A DNA stretch of 64,000 nt from Marmoricola sp. Its GTDB lineage: Bacteria; Actinomycetota; Actinomycetes; Propionibacteriales; Nocardioidaceae. Below the pieces are notes generated by a model, which did not search any database, was not told where the DNA came from, and saw only the letters and a list, made by a program, of their open reading frames with translations. The stretch lies in the NCBI GenBank assembly GCA_046598855.1, contig JBKJHX010000068.1:2558-66557 (forward strand), written 5' to 3'. The position numbers and the translations under genes were made by a program. Positions 48,638 through 58,714 of this stretch are shown one piece after another (position 1 is the stretch's first letter; every line of letters begins with the position of its first letter).

Positions 48638-49434
48638 CCCAGCCAGCAGTCCTCACCGAGCGCGACGGCCACGTCCTGATCGTCACCCTGAACCGACCCG
48701 AGGCCCGGAACGCCGTCAACGCGGACCTGACCCTCGGCCTCGGCACCGCACTGGAGGAGGCGGAGAACGACCTCGAGATCCGCGTGGTCGTCCTGACCGG
48801 GGCCGGTGAGCAGACCTTCTGTGCCGGCGCCGACCTCAAGGCGATCTCGCGCGGGGAGAGCCTCAACCCGCCGGGCACCGAGGCCTGGGGTTTTGCGGGC
48901 ATGGCCCAGCACCCGATTTCCAAACCGGTGATCGCGGCCGTCAACGGCGGCGCCCTCGGCGGCGGCACCGAACTGGTGTTGGCAGCCGATCTCGCGATCG
49001 CGGCCGAGCACGCCACCTTCGGGCTGCCCGAGGTGAAGCGCGGTCTGATCGCTGCCGCTGGCGGCGTGCTGAGACTTCCGGACCAGCTGCCGCGCAAGGT
49101 CGCGATGCACGCGATCCTCACCGGCGACCCGATCGACGCCGCCACCGCGTTGCGCTGGGGCCTGGTCAACGAGGTGGTCCCCGCTGCCGGGCTGCTGCCC
49201 GCTGCTCTGGACCTGGCCCGCCGGATCGCTGCGAACGCGCCGCTCTCGGTGCAGCACAGCAAGCGGGTCGCCGCAGGCATCACCGGCGAGTCGGGCAGCT
49301 ACGCGGTGCCTGCGGAGGACGCGGCCTGGGCAGCGAGCGACGCGGCGATGATGACGATCTTCACCAGCGAGGACGCGATGGAGGGCCCGATCGCGTTCGC
49401 CGAAAAGCGCGAGCCCCGGTGGAAGGGCCGCTAG
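48634..49434 (+). CDS. Enoyl-CoA hydratase/crotonase
   Basis: LNRPEARNA, FCAGADLK, GGGTEL, FGLPEV, AFAEKR. Confidence 0.92.
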   Translation: MTQPAVLTERDGHVLIVTLNRPEARNAVNADLTLGLGTALEEAENDLEIRVVVLTGAGEQTFCAGADLKAISRGESLNPPGTEAWGFAGMAQHPISKPVIAAVNGGALGGGTELVLAADLAIAAEHATFGLPEVKRGLIAAAGGVLRLPDQLPRKVAMHAILTGDPIDAATALRWGLVNEVVPAAGLLPAALDLARRIAANAPLSVQHSKRVAAGITGESGSYAVPAEDAAWAASDAAMMTIFTSEDAMEGPIAFAEKREPRWKGR

Positions 49435-49482
49435 ACGGGCTGCGCCAGTTGCACGGACGCCCGGCACCGGACAACCGCGCGG

Positions 49483-50775
49483 TCAGCGGGAGCTGTCCGG
49501 GATCGTTCCGGGGGTCAACTTGTAGCGGATGAAGGTCGGGACCGCGAAGGCCGCGACGATCACCAGCACCACCACCAGCACCCCGCCTCCGGTTGCGGCC
49601 GCAGCGGTGCCAACCACCGCAGCAGCTCCGCCATGCGCCACGTCGGCGATCCGCGGCCCGCCGGCGACTACGACGATGAAGACGCCCTGCAACCGGCCAC
49701 GGACCGCGTCGGACGCGGAGGCTTGCAGCATGCTCATCCGGAAGGCGGCCGAGGCCATGTCGGCCGCACCGGCGATCACCAGCATCAGCACGGCCAGGAT
49801 GAGCATCGCCGTGCGTGCGCCGTTGTCTGCCAGGGACACGGCGAGACCGAAGCCCACGATGGCCAGACCCCAGACCACGATCGAGGCCACCACGGCCAGG
49901 CCTTGGCGCTCCACCCGGGAGACCCAACCGGAGAAGACTCCGCCGATCACCGCGCCGAGAGGGATCGCAGCGAAGAGCAGGGCGAAGGCGAGTCCGCCTT
50001 CTGAGGGCCCACCGAAGTCGAGGTCCGCGATCTCGGGGAAGAGCGCTCTCGGCATCCCGAAGACCATCGCGATCAGGTCGACCACGAAGGACATCATCAG
50101 CACGGGGTGTCCGCGCAGGTAACGCAGCCCGTCGAGGACTGCGCTCAGGCCCGGGGTCCCCGCGGCGCCCTCGACCGGCAGCTTCGGCAGCAGGACGACG
50201 GCACCGAGGGTGGCGAACAGAGCGATGGTGTCGGCGAGGTACAACCAGGAGAACCCGATGATCGGGATCAGCGCCCCGCCCACCAACGGTCCGGCGATCG
50301 CGCCTGCCTGGAGGACGGTCATGTTAAGCGAGTTCGCAGCCGGCAGGTCGGCGGGGGACAGCAGCTTCGGCAGGATCGCGTTTCGGGTCGGTTGGTTGAC
50401 CGCGAAGAAGGCCTGCTGGACCGCGAACAGGCTGAGCAGCAGCCAGACGTTGCCGGCGCCGACAGCAGCTTGGACCCAGAACGCCGCACTGGTGGCGATC
50501 AGTCCGACGGTGGTGATGATCAGTAGCATTCGGCGGTCCATCACGTCGGCCAGCGCGCCGCCCCAGAGCCCGAAGACGATTAGGGGCACCAGGCCGAACA
50601 ACCCGGTCAGCCCCACGTACGCCGAGGAACCGGTCTCGGCGTAGATCTGCGCAGGGACCGCGACGACGGTGAGCTGGGCACCCACCATGGTGACGATGTT
50701 GGCCGTCCACAGCCGGCGGAAGTGGGCGTTGCGCAGCGGGGTGGTGTCCGCGAAGAGGTCCCTGATCTGCACCAC
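49483..50775 (-). CDS. MFS transporter (EntS-like)
   Basis: FRRLW, GGALADVMDRR motif A, about 12 TM segments, RGRLQG. Confidence 0.9.
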   Translation of the reverse strand: MVQIRDLFADTTPLRNAHFRRLWTANIVTMVGAQLTVVAVPAQIYAETGSSAYVGLTGLFGLVPLIVFGLWGGALADVMDRRMLLIITTVGLIATSAAFWVQAAVGAGNVWLLLSLFAVQQAFFAVNQPTRNAILPKLLSPADLPAANSLNMTVLQAGAIAGPLVGGALIPIIGFSWLYLADTIALFATLGAVVLLPKLPVEGAAGTPGLSAVLDGLRYLRGHPVLMMSFVVDLIAMVFGMPRALFPEIADLDFGGPSEGGLAFALLFAAIPLGAVIGGVFSGWVSRVERQGLAVVASIVVWGLAIVGFGLAVSLADNGARTAMLILAVLMLVIAGAADMASAAFRMSMLQASASDAVRGRLQGVFIVVVAGGPRIADVAHGGAAAVVGTAAAATGGGVLVVVLVIVAAFAVPTFIRYKLTPGTIPDSSR

Positions 50776-50830
50776 GGGAGGTTACGCCTGCGGAGTTGAA
50801 CGACGGCCCCCGGTCTGGTCGACTCCTTCT

Positions 50831-52717
50831 ATGACCTCTCGGCGCCGGTTCCGGCCATTCGTTCCCGCCCTGGTGACTCTCGCGGTCCTTGCCTCGGGCT
50901 GCGGGCCGTTCGGTGGCGACGACGACGGCGCCGAGAAGCTCGCCGACCGGCTCGCAGCGGCGCTGAAGGTCGGCGACCTCACCTCGGTGCCGTTCACCAC
51001 GTCGGACGCTGCGACCGGTTACCAGGAGCTGGCCGCCCCGCTGAAGTCCTTCACCACCGAGGTCGAGGTCGCCGGAGTCGAGACAGACGACGACAGCGCC
51101 ACCGCTACGCTCCGCTGGACCCTCGCCCGGGACGGTGCGCAGTGGAACCACACGACCGAGGTCGCCCTGCTGAAGAGCGGCGAGTCCTGGGAGGCGGTCT
51201 GGAAGCCGTCACTCCTGGAGTCCTCCCTCGTCGAGGGCGAGACGTTGCGGGTCTCCGGGGTGAAGGCGGAACGCGGCGACATCCTCGGCAACGGTGACCA
51301 GCCATTGGTCGTGCCGAGGCCGGTGGTTCGCTTCGGGATCGACAAGACCCGGTTGACCGGTGACCCGGCCTCGTCGTCGCGCGCGCTCGCCGACGCCGTC
51401 GACATCGACGCGGCGGCTTTCGCCCGCGAAGTGGCCAAGGCCGGCCCGAAGGCGTTCGTGCAGGCGGTCGTCGTCCGGCGTTCCGAGGTCACCCAGGCCT
51501 TGTTCGCCCGGGTCGAGGCGATCGAAGGTGCTGTCGGCATCTCCGACAACCTGCCGCTGGCGCCGGCCAAGGACTTCGCCGCTGCCCTGCTCGGCACGGT
51601 CGGTCCGGCGACCGCGGAGATCGTGAAGGACAGCGACGGCCGGCTCCGGGCAGGCGACGACGCCGGGCTCTCCGGACTCCAGGCCCGCTACGACCAGGAG
51701 CTCGGCGGGACTCCCGGGCTGAAGGTCAGCGCGCTCCCGGCGCAGGCGTCCGATGCCGGACCACGAGCGCTGTTCACCGCGGAGCCGACCGCCGGGGAAC
51801 CGCTGCGCCTTACCCTCGATCGCAATTTGCAGACCAAGGCTCAGGAGCTGCTTGGTCGTTACGGCCCGGCCAGCGCCCTGGTGGCGATCAAGCCATCGAC
51901 CGGGGAGATCCTGGTCGCGGCCAGCGGGCCCGGGTCGGACGGCTACAACACCGCGACCTTCGCCCAGTACGCGCCGGGCTCGACCTTCAAGGTGATCAGT
52001 TCGCTGGCTTTGCTCCGCTCCGGGTTGAAACCCGGCTCCTCGGTCCCGTGTCCGGCCACGGTCAGCGTCAACGGCAAGCAGTTCAAGAACTACTCCGACT
52101 ACCCCTCGGGCAGGCTCGGCACGATCACGCTGCGCGACGCCGTCGCGAACTCCTGCAACACCGCTTTCATCTCGTCCCGCGCGAAGGTCAAGGGCACCGA
52201 GCTCGCCGACGCCGCAGCCGCGCTCGGGTTCGGCGTCGATCGCGACCTCGGCTTCCCCGCCTACTTCGGCCAGGTCCCGGAGCCGGAGGGTGAGACCGAA
52301 GCCGCCGCAGACCTGATCGGTCAGGGCAAGGTGCTGGCCTCGCCGATGGTGATGGCGGCCGTCGTCGCCAGCGTCGTCGACGGATCCACGGTGGTACCAG
52401 TGCTCGTCAAGGGACTCCCGACTCCGGCCGCGGACCCGCCGACACCGTTGACCCCGGCCGAGGCGGCCAGCCTGCGGACGTTGATGCGCGCCGTGGTCAC
52501 CGACGGGTCCGGTTCGTTCCTCTCCGGGCTGCAGCCGCCGGATGTGCTGGCCAAGACCGGCACCGCGGAGTACGGCGACAAGCCGCCGCTGCCGACGCAC
52601 GCCTGGATGGTCGGCGCCCAAGGCGACCTGGCGGTCGCGGTCTTCGTGGCCGATGGCGAGTCCGGCTCCCGAACGGCCGGCCCGGTGCTGGAAGCGTTCC
52701 TCCGGGCGGCGAAGTAG
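50831..52717 (+). CDS. Class B penicillin-binding lipoprotein (NTF2-like N-terminus)
   Basis: Lipobox LASGC; PGSTFK, SCN, KTGTAE motifs. Confidence 0.9.
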   Translation: MTSRRRFRPFVPALVTLAVLASGCGPFGGDDDGAEKLADRLAAALKVGDLTSVPFTTSDAATGYQELAAPLKSFTTEVEVAGVETDDDSATATLRWTLARDGAQWNHTTEVALLKSGESWEAVWKPSLLESSLVEGETLRVSGVKAERGDILGNGDQPLVVPRPVVRFGIDKTRLTGDPASSSRALADAVDIDAAAFAREVAKAGPKAFVQAVVVRRSEVTQALFARVEAIEGAVGISDNLPLAPAKDFAAALLGTVGPATAEIVKDSDGRLRAGDDAGLSGLQARYDQELGGTPGLKVSALPAQASDAGPRALFTAEPTAGEPLRLTLDRNLQTKAQELLGRYGPASALVAIKPSTGEILVAASGPGSDGYNTATFAQYAPGSTFKVISSLALLRSGLKPGSSVPCPATVSVNGKQFKNYSDYPSGRLGTITLRDAVANSCNTAFISSRAKVKGTELADAAAALGFGVDRDLGFPAYFGQVPEPEGETEAAADLIGQGKVLASPMVMAAVVASVVDGSTVVPVLVKGLPTPAADPPTPLTPAEAASLRTLMRAVVTDGSGSFLSGLQPPDVLAKTGTAEYGDKPPLPTHAWMVGAQGDLAVAVFVADGESGSRTAGPVLEAFLRAAK

Positions 52718-52741
52718 GGCTCAGCAGCCGGTCGGGCAGCG

Positions 52742-53800
52742 CTACCGAGTGACCGAGCGCGGGTAGTCGCGGCTGTCGATGCGGGCGTCGGCCCAGATGA
52801 TCGGGTGGTCGGTCAGGTAGTCGACGATGGAACTGCGGTCCTCGACGTAGTTGCTGAACTGCACGCCGTACGACGCTCCGACCCAGTCAACGACCCGGGA
52901 GGTGGTGACGCTGCAGCCTCCGCGACCGTGACCACCGGCGGCCATCCGCATGTCGGCGCCGACGGCGATCTGGCAGCCCCAGGAGTTCCGCTCGTTCATG
53001 TCCCCGGTGACGAAGACCGGGCGACCGGTCCTGGCCAGGTCCCGGAAGAGCGCGATCTGCCGGCGCTTGGCCTCGTTGCGCAGGCCTTGGACCTTGCCGA
53101 ACTTGTCGGCCGGGTTGTGGAAGTTGGTGAAATAGGCCTCGATGCCGGTCTGCCGGTGGCGAAGAAGCACGATCGGGATATTGCGAGGGCGACCACCGAA
53201 GTACGGGATCGGGGTGTTGTCGGTGCTGATCAGCTCCCAGTCAGCCTCGCGCCAGGCCAGCGTGTTGTCGCCGTCGCCTCGGCGCAGCTGGTTGTCGGGG
53301 TACATCCCCCAGCTGTTGTTGGTCCGGTTCCTGAAGGTCGCCCGCTGGTCGGCCTGGAACTCCTGGAAGCCGACGACCGAGAAGTTGTTGTCCAAGACGT
53401 ACTGGGTGCCGCGTGCTGCCCGCGTGGTGCCCGACCGGGGTCCGTTGCGAGCGGTGTGCGAGCTGCCGAGGATGTTGTAGGTCGCAATCCGGAAGGTCAG
53501 CACCGGGGGTGCAGAGCGGCGCGGTTTCGGCCGGGTGTCCAGGACCTTGCCGCCGATCGGGATGGAGCCGGCGAGTGCTTCGGCACTGAGCGCGATCTTC
53601 TTGCGCTTGACCGCCTTGGTGCTGGTCGGGCTTGGTGTGATCGAACCGAGCGAGACCGGCGCCGAGGTGACGGTGGCCGAGGGCGACGCCGCCGGTGAGT
53701 CGTCGGCCGAGAGCGCAGGCAGAACATCGCCCCCCATGAGGACGAACGTCAACAGCCAGGCGACCCCCACGCCGCCGACCAGTCCCAGCTTGCCTGCCAC
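52742..53800 (-). CDS. Exported endonuclease/exonuclease/phosphatase-family protein
   Basis: N-terminal TM; IATYNI, GFQE, TGDMN, VDWV, TDHP motifs. Start estimated. Confidence 0.85.
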   Translation of the reverse strand: MAGKLGLVGGVGVAWLLTFVLMGGDVLPALSADDSPAASPSATVTSAPVSLGSITPSPTSTKAVKRKKIALSAEALAGSIPIGGKVLDTRPKPRRSAPPVLTFRIATYNILGSSHTARNGPRSGTTRAARGTQYVLDNNFSVVGFQEFQADQRATFRNRTNNSWGMYPDNQLRRGDGDNTLAWREADWELISTDNTPIPYFGGRPRNIPIVLLRHRQTGIEAYFTNFHNPADKFGKVQGLRNEAKRRQIALFRDLARTGRPVFVTGDMNERNSWGCQIAVGADMRMAAGGHGRGGCSVTTSRVVDWVGASYGVQFSNYVEDRSSIVDYLTDHPIIWADARIDSRDYPRSVTR

Positions 53801-54031
53801 CGCGCCACGATATCCTGACAAACCAACTCCGATGCCCCGCTTGCCGAAAGCCGGACTCCAGGGCTGCGGCTCAGGCGCTGACCAGCGCTCCGCCGACGAC
53901 CCGGGTCTGCTCGCGCACTCGCTCGTACGTCGCGATCAGGTCGGCGGAGCGCTTCCACCTGCAGGGCGCGGCGCTGGAGACCGTGCGAGAGCAGCCAGGT
54001 GCCGTACGACCTAGGCAGCGAGACGTTCGAG

Positions 54032-54376
54032 CTACGCGGAGATGCGGTCCGACGGTACCGGCGGCGGCGCGAGGGTGAGCCGCTCCCGGCGGGGAGCGGC
54101 GGGTACGGCGTGTTGGCGAAGCAGCCGGAGTACGCCCGCGTTACGCGCTTCGAGGCGGGCACGCTGCTCGTCCAGGACCGCCTCGGAGAGGTGGCTGTCG
54201 AGCTGGGTGTCGCAGGCCAGGTTCCACCGGTAGCGCAGGGCCGCCACCAGGGCATCGGCGTCACCGAAGATCTCTGCGTAGTCCTGGTTCCAGGGGAGCT
54301 CCTCGCAGCCGGCACTCGCGAGTGCCTCGATCTCCTGCAGCGCCTGCCAGCGGCGCCGGGTCTCGGTATAGCTCAT
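54032..54376 (-). CDS. Hypothetical protein
   Basis: ORF with typical codon usage (LPWNQDYAEIFGDADALVAALRYRW); divergent from a two-component system. Confidence 0.65.
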   Translation of the reverse strand: MSYTETRRRWQALQEIEALASAGCEELPWNQDYAEIFGDADALVAALRYRWNLACDTQLDSHLSEAVLDEQRARLEARNAGVLRLLRQHAVPAAPRRERLTLAPPPVPSDRISA

Positions 54377-54604
54377 GGGGATCACCCTCGATCTGCTTGT
54401 GAGCCAGGTCGGCTCGGTCGTTCGTAACGTGTGGATGATTCGAACTTACGGATCCGGGCAGCGGCGCCCATCGCCCCGCAGTACCTATGCGGGCTACGAC
54501 CCTGGTAGGAGTCCTGCCGCCACTCCAGGCGGATGCCGGAACGGCCCGCGCTCCTTACTCTTGGACCTGTGCGCCCGTTGCAGGACTCCCCGCTCGCCGA
54601 GACC

Positions 54605-55843
54605 GTGAACTCCGGTCCGGTCTGGTTGCGCTCCCGGATCGAGGAGCACATCGAGGCGCACGGCCTGCTGTACCCCTGGTGGATCCCCGTGCTTTCGATC
54701 ACCGGCCAGTTCGGCGCGGTCATGATCTCGCTGGCCCTTCGCGATGCGCTCTGGTCGCCGACGTGGCTGGCGCTGGCCGCTCCGTTGGTGCTGATGCCCG
54801 GAATCTTGATGATCGGCGCTGGGCGGCACCTGCCGCACCTGTTCGAGACGCTGGCGGCCCTCGCCGCGGCGGCGATCCTGCTCACCGATCCGGTCGGTGC
54901 CGGCTCGGCGATCGACACCGCGCCGGTGCTGCTTGCCTTCATCACCGCCGAGGTGGTGGCGCGCGACGGGGTCCGCAACGGGCTGATTGTCTCGGCGGTC
55001 TCGTTTGCGATGATCATCGCGGCGGCGGCGGGGCCCGGTCTGACCGGGACGCCGGTGCACCTGGTCGACGTCCCGCTCGGCTTCGCCGTTGGCTACATGC
55101 TGCTGTGGCAGATGCGTGCCCTCGCTGCCGAGCGGGAGGCGCGCGAAGGGGAACGCGCCCGGGCGACCCTCGCCGAACGGGGTCGGATCGCTCGCGAGAT
55201 CCACGATCTGGTCGCGCACTCGCTCAGCGTCACGCTGCTCCAGATCACCGGAGCCCGGCACGCGTTGCGTGACCTCGAGGACCCTGCCGGGTCGACTGCC
55301 GCGACCGTGGGCGAGGTCGACGAGGCGCTGGCGGACGCCGAGCGGGTCGGCCGCCAGGCAATGGCCGACATCCGGCAGACCGTCAGCACGTTGGCCGACG
55401 GCCCGGCACAGACCCAGGCGCTGCCCGGGGGAGCTGACATCCACGACCTGGTGGCACAGATGGAGCGCGCCGGACTCGAGGTCGAGTACCAGCAGAGCGG
55501 CGACCCGAAGCGGCTTGCGCAGGCGACCGGACTTGGTCTCTACCGGATCGCTCAGGAGTCGCTGGCGAACATCGCCAAGCACGCTCCCGCCAGTACCGCC
55601 CGGGTGTGCTTCAGCGTGACCCCGCGGCAGGCCCGGTTGACGGTTCGCAACGCGCTGCCTGCCGGCGCCAGTGCCGTCGATGGCGGATCCGGGCTGGCGG
55701 GGATGGCGGCGCGCGCCGAGCAGCTCGGCGCGACCTTGGCTGCGAAGCCGGATGCCGGCGACTGGCTGGTCGACCTGCAGGTGCCGCTGCGCGAGCGCAA
55801 CGGCCTGCTCTCCTGCCCGCTGCGTCACGGGTTCGCCTGGTGA
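54605..55843 (+). CDS. Sensor histidine kinase (HisKA_3)
   Basis: TM region, ERGRIAREIHDLVAHSL, RIAQESLANIAKHA, GSGLAGM. Confidence 0.93.
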   Translation: MNSGPVWLRSRIEEHIEAHGLLYPWWIPVLSITGQFGAVMISLALRDALWSPTWLALAAPLVLMPGILMIGAGRHLPHLFETLAALAAAAILLTDPVGAGSAIDTAPVLLAFITAEVVARDGVRNGLIVSAVSFAMIIAAAAGPGLTGTPVHLVDVPLGFAVGYMLLWQMRALAAEREAREGERARATLAERGRIAREIHDLVAHSLSVTLLQITGARHALRDLEDPAGSTAATVGEVDEALADAERVGRQAMADIRQTVSTLADGPAQTQALPGGADIHDLVAQMERAGLEVEYQQSGDPKRLAQATGLGLYRIAQESLANIAKHAPASTARVCFSVTPRQARLTVRNALPAGASAVDGGSGLAGMAARAEQLGATLAAKPDAGDWLVDLQVPLRERNGLLSCPLRHGFAW

Positions 55844-56547
55844 CCGCCTCGGTCAAGGATCCCGGCGGACCCGCGGTCACCGGGGTGGTTCTCGTCGACG
55901 ACCAGGAGCTGGTGCGCTCGGGGCTGCGCCGGATCCTGCGTCGGCGCGACGGGTTCGACATCGTCGCCGAGTGCGGCGACGGCTCGGAGCTGCCGGCAGT
56001 GCTGGAGGCCGCTGAAGCGGCCGGGCACCGGGTCGATGTCGTGCTGATGGACTTGCGGATGCGCGAGGTCGACGGGATCACGGCCACTCGAGCCTTGAGC
56101 GCCGTTCCGGACGCGCCGCCGGTCCTGGTGCTGACCACCTTCGACGACGACGAGATGCTGTCGGGGGCGCTGCGCGCGGGCGCCGCTGGGTTCCTGCTCA
56201 AGGACTCCTCGGCCGACGACCTGATCCGTGCGGTGCGCGCCGTGGCTACCGGAGACTCGTGGCTGGACCCGGCCGTCACCGGTCGGGTGTTGACCAGCTA
56301 TCGGACCAGCGCACCGCCTGTCCCGGAACCCTCGAAAGCGGCCGACGTGCTCACGGCCCGCGAGCTAGAGGTCCTCTGCGAGATGGCGGCTGGGAACTCG
56401 AACTCCGAGATCGCAGGGCAGCTCTTCATCTCCGAGCTGACGGTCAAAAGTCACGTCGGCCGGATCTTCACCAAGCTCGACCTGCGCGATCGGCCGGCAG
56501 CGATCGTCTACGCCTACGACCACGGGCTGGTCCGCCCCGGAACCTGA
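55840..56547 (+). CDS. NarL/LuxR-family response regulator
   Basis: LVDDQELVR, LMDLRM, GFLLKD, LTARELEV..TVKSHV. Confidence 0.95.
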   Translation: MTASVKDPGGPAVTGVVLVDDQELVRSGLRRILRRRDGFDIVAECGDGSELPAVLEAAEAAGHRVDVVLMDLRMREVDGITATRALSAVPDAPPVLVLTTFDDDEMLSGALRAGAAGFLLKDSSADDLIRAVRAVATGDSWLDPAVTGRVLTSYRTSAPPVPEPSKAADVLTARELEVLCEMAAGNSNSEIAGQLFISELTVKSHVGRIFTKLDLRDRPAAIVYAYDHGLVRPGT

Positions 56548-56605
56548 CCTGTCACTTCACGCCGGGTCAGCGAGCAGGACCTGTCACTTCACGCCGGGTC
56601 AGCGA
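56546..56605. repeat. Perfect 28-bp direct repeat, 32-bp period
   Basis: GACCTGTCACTTCACGCCGGGTCAGCGA at 56546-56573 and 56578-56605. Confidence 0.92.
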
Positions 56606-58127
56606 CCTCGAAGGCCCGGTGCGCGAGGGCCTCGGCGACTTCCCGGTCGGCCGGTACCAGTCCGATCCGGGTACGCCGGTCGAGGAGGTCGTCGACATCG
56701 GCGGCGCCCTCGTGGGTGATCCCGAAGACGAGCTCGGCCAACGTGACAGGGATCGACTCGCTGACGGTGCTCAGCGCCTGGGCTTCGGTCAGACCGGCGG
56801 CCAGCGCGTTGGCGAGGACGGCGGGGGCCTCGGTGCCGAAGCGGCGTACCAGTCGCTCGGGTGCGGCCACCGCGGCCAAGGTGGCGCGGTCGCCGGCGCC
56901 GAGCAGCGGGAGCGACTTGGTGCGGCACGGACCCGCTGTGATGCCGGCGTGGTCGAGCGCGGCGTCGACGGCGTCCTGGGCCATCTGGCGGTAGGTGGTG
57001 AGCTTGCCGCCGACGACCGTGACGACGCCGGTCGAGGAGGTGAGGACCGCGTGCTTGCGGGAGAGATCAGCCGTCGCACCGTCGTTGTCCAGCAGCGGTC
57101 GCAGGCCGGCATACGCACCGACGACGTCGCTGCGGGTGAGTGGACGGGCGAGCACCCGGGAGATCACGTCGAGCAGGAAGGTGATGTCCTGCTCGGGCAC
57201 CTCGGGAACGTCGGGGATATCGCCGTCGACCTCCTCGTCGGTCAGTCCGACGTAGAAGCGGCCGTCGGGTTGGGGGAGCGCGAAGACGAACCGGTTCGAG
57301 GAGCCCGGTACCGGCGCCATGATCGCGCAGCGCACGTCCGGCAAGGAGGAAGCCCGGAGCACGAGGTGGCTACCGCGACTGGGCTTCAGGGTGATACCGG
57401 GGACCAGGTCGCCGGCCCAGACGCCGGTGGCACTAATGACGGTGCGGGCCTGGATCCTGCGTTCCTGACCGGTCAGTTCGTCGCGGAGCAGGGCTGAGGT
57501 GCCGGTGACCTCGAGGACTCGGGTGCGGGTGTGGATCCGAGCGCCGTAGGTCGCGGCGGTGCGGGCGATCCCGAGCACCAGCCGGGCGTCGTCCTCAAGC
57601 TGGCCGTCCCAGGACAGGATGCCGCCGCGGATGTCGTTACGGCTGACCGGGGCGAGGGCGCGGGTCTCGGTCGCACTGATCCGTCGGGGCTTCGGCAGGG
57701 TCTCGCGCCGAGTCCGCGCGACCCGGCGGAGCAGGTCGCCGGCCCCGACCCCGCGGCGGGCGAGCCAGGCCTGGACGCCGCTGATGTCGCCGGTGAGCGG
57801 GATGACCATCGGCAGCGCGCGCACCAGGTGCGGCGCTGTCGACTCCATCAGGATCCCGCGCTCCACCGCGCTCTCGTGGGCGATTCCGATCTGGCCCTTC
57901 GCCAGGTAGCGCAGTCCGCCGTGCACCAGCTTGGAGCTCCACCGCGACGTACCCCAGGCGACGTCGAAGGCGTCGACCGCGACGACGTCCAGACCGCGTG
58001 CGGCCGCATCGAGCGCGACCCCGGCACCGGTCACGCCGAGGCCGATGACCAGGACGTCGGTGGTCTCCGGGATGCCGGTACTTCCCGCGATGATCCGGCC
58101 GCGGTCGGTCGTGGGCGCGTCGGTCAT
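56589..58127 (-). CDS. glpD: FAD-dependent glycerol-3-phosphate dehydrogenase (GlpD1-like)
   Basis: VIGLGVTG, GTSRWSSKLVHGGLRYL, AGLRPL, GGKLTTYR. Confidence 0.92.
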   Translation of the reverse strand: MTDAPTTDRGRIIAGSTGIPETTDVLVIGLGVTGAGVALDAAARGLDVVAVDAFDVAWGTSRWSSKLVHGGLRYLAKGQIGIAHESAVERGILMESTAPHLVRALPMVIPLTGDISGVQAWLARRGVGAGDLLRRVARTRRETLPKPRRISATETRALAPVSRNDIRGGILSWDGQLEDDARLVLGIARTAATYGARIHTRTRVLEVTGTSALLRDELTGQERRIQARTVISATGVWAGDLVPGITLKPSRGSHLVLRASSLPDVRCAIMAPVPGSSNRFVFALPQPDGRFYVGLTDEEVDGDIPDVPEVPEQDITFLLDVISRVLARPLTRSDVVGAYAGLRPLLDNDGATADLSRKHAVLTSSTGVVTVVGGKLTTYRQMAQDAVDAALDHAGITAGPCRTKSLPLLGAGDRATLAAVAAPERLVRRFGTEAPAVLANALAAGLTEAQALSTVSESIPVTLAELVFGITHEGAADVDDLLDRRTRIGLVPADREVAEALAHRAFEVADPA

Positions 58128-58714
58128 GGCAGCAGGTACCTCTCCACCAGCAGTCCGAGCTCACGGTCGAAGTCAGCGGGGGTGAGCCGGGGCCCAGTCA
58201 TGGTCTGGGAGGAGAGCGTGAAGCCGTGCGTGGCCAGGACGACTGCTCGCGCTAGCAGCCGCGGGTCGCCGTCCCTGATCTCACCGGCGGCCTGCCCGGC
58301 GGCGATCTCACCCTCGAGTAGTCCGAGCACCAGCTCCTGGGAGCGGCCGCGACGCTCGAGCAGGTAAGGCAGGAGCATCTGCGGGTCGAGCTCGATGATC
58401 CGGGTGAACAGCACGTTGGCCCGTAGCGCGGTGACGGTCCCGACAATGCCGTCGACCAGGCGCTCGCGATGGTCGGTGGAGCGGGTGCCGAGGTCGACCA
58501 GACCCACCCACTCGCGGGTCATCAGGTCGCCGAGCAGGGCGTTCATCTCGGGCCACCGGCGGTAGAGCGTCATCCGTGACAGACCGGCCCGGCGGGCGAT
58601 GTCGGTCAGCGTCGTACGCCTCCAGCCGACGGCGAGGATCGCCTCGCGAGCGGCGTCCAGGGCAAGGTCCTCGGAGGATCTTGTATCCAGGGGGTTGTTA
58701 CGGAGTGACGTCAT
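58124..58714 (-). CDS. TetR-family regulator
   Basis: TTLTDIARRAGLSRMTLYRRW HTH. Confidence 0.93.
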   Translation of the reverse strand: MTSLRNNPLDTRSSEDLALDAAREAILAVGWRRTTLTDIARRAGLSRMTLYRRWPEMNALLGDLMTREWVGLVDLGTRSTDHRERLVDGIVGTVTALRANVLFTRIIELDPQMLLPYLLERRGRSQELVLGLLEGEIAAGQAAGEIRDGDPRLLARAVVLATHGFTLSSQTMTGPRLTPADFDRELGLLVERYLLP

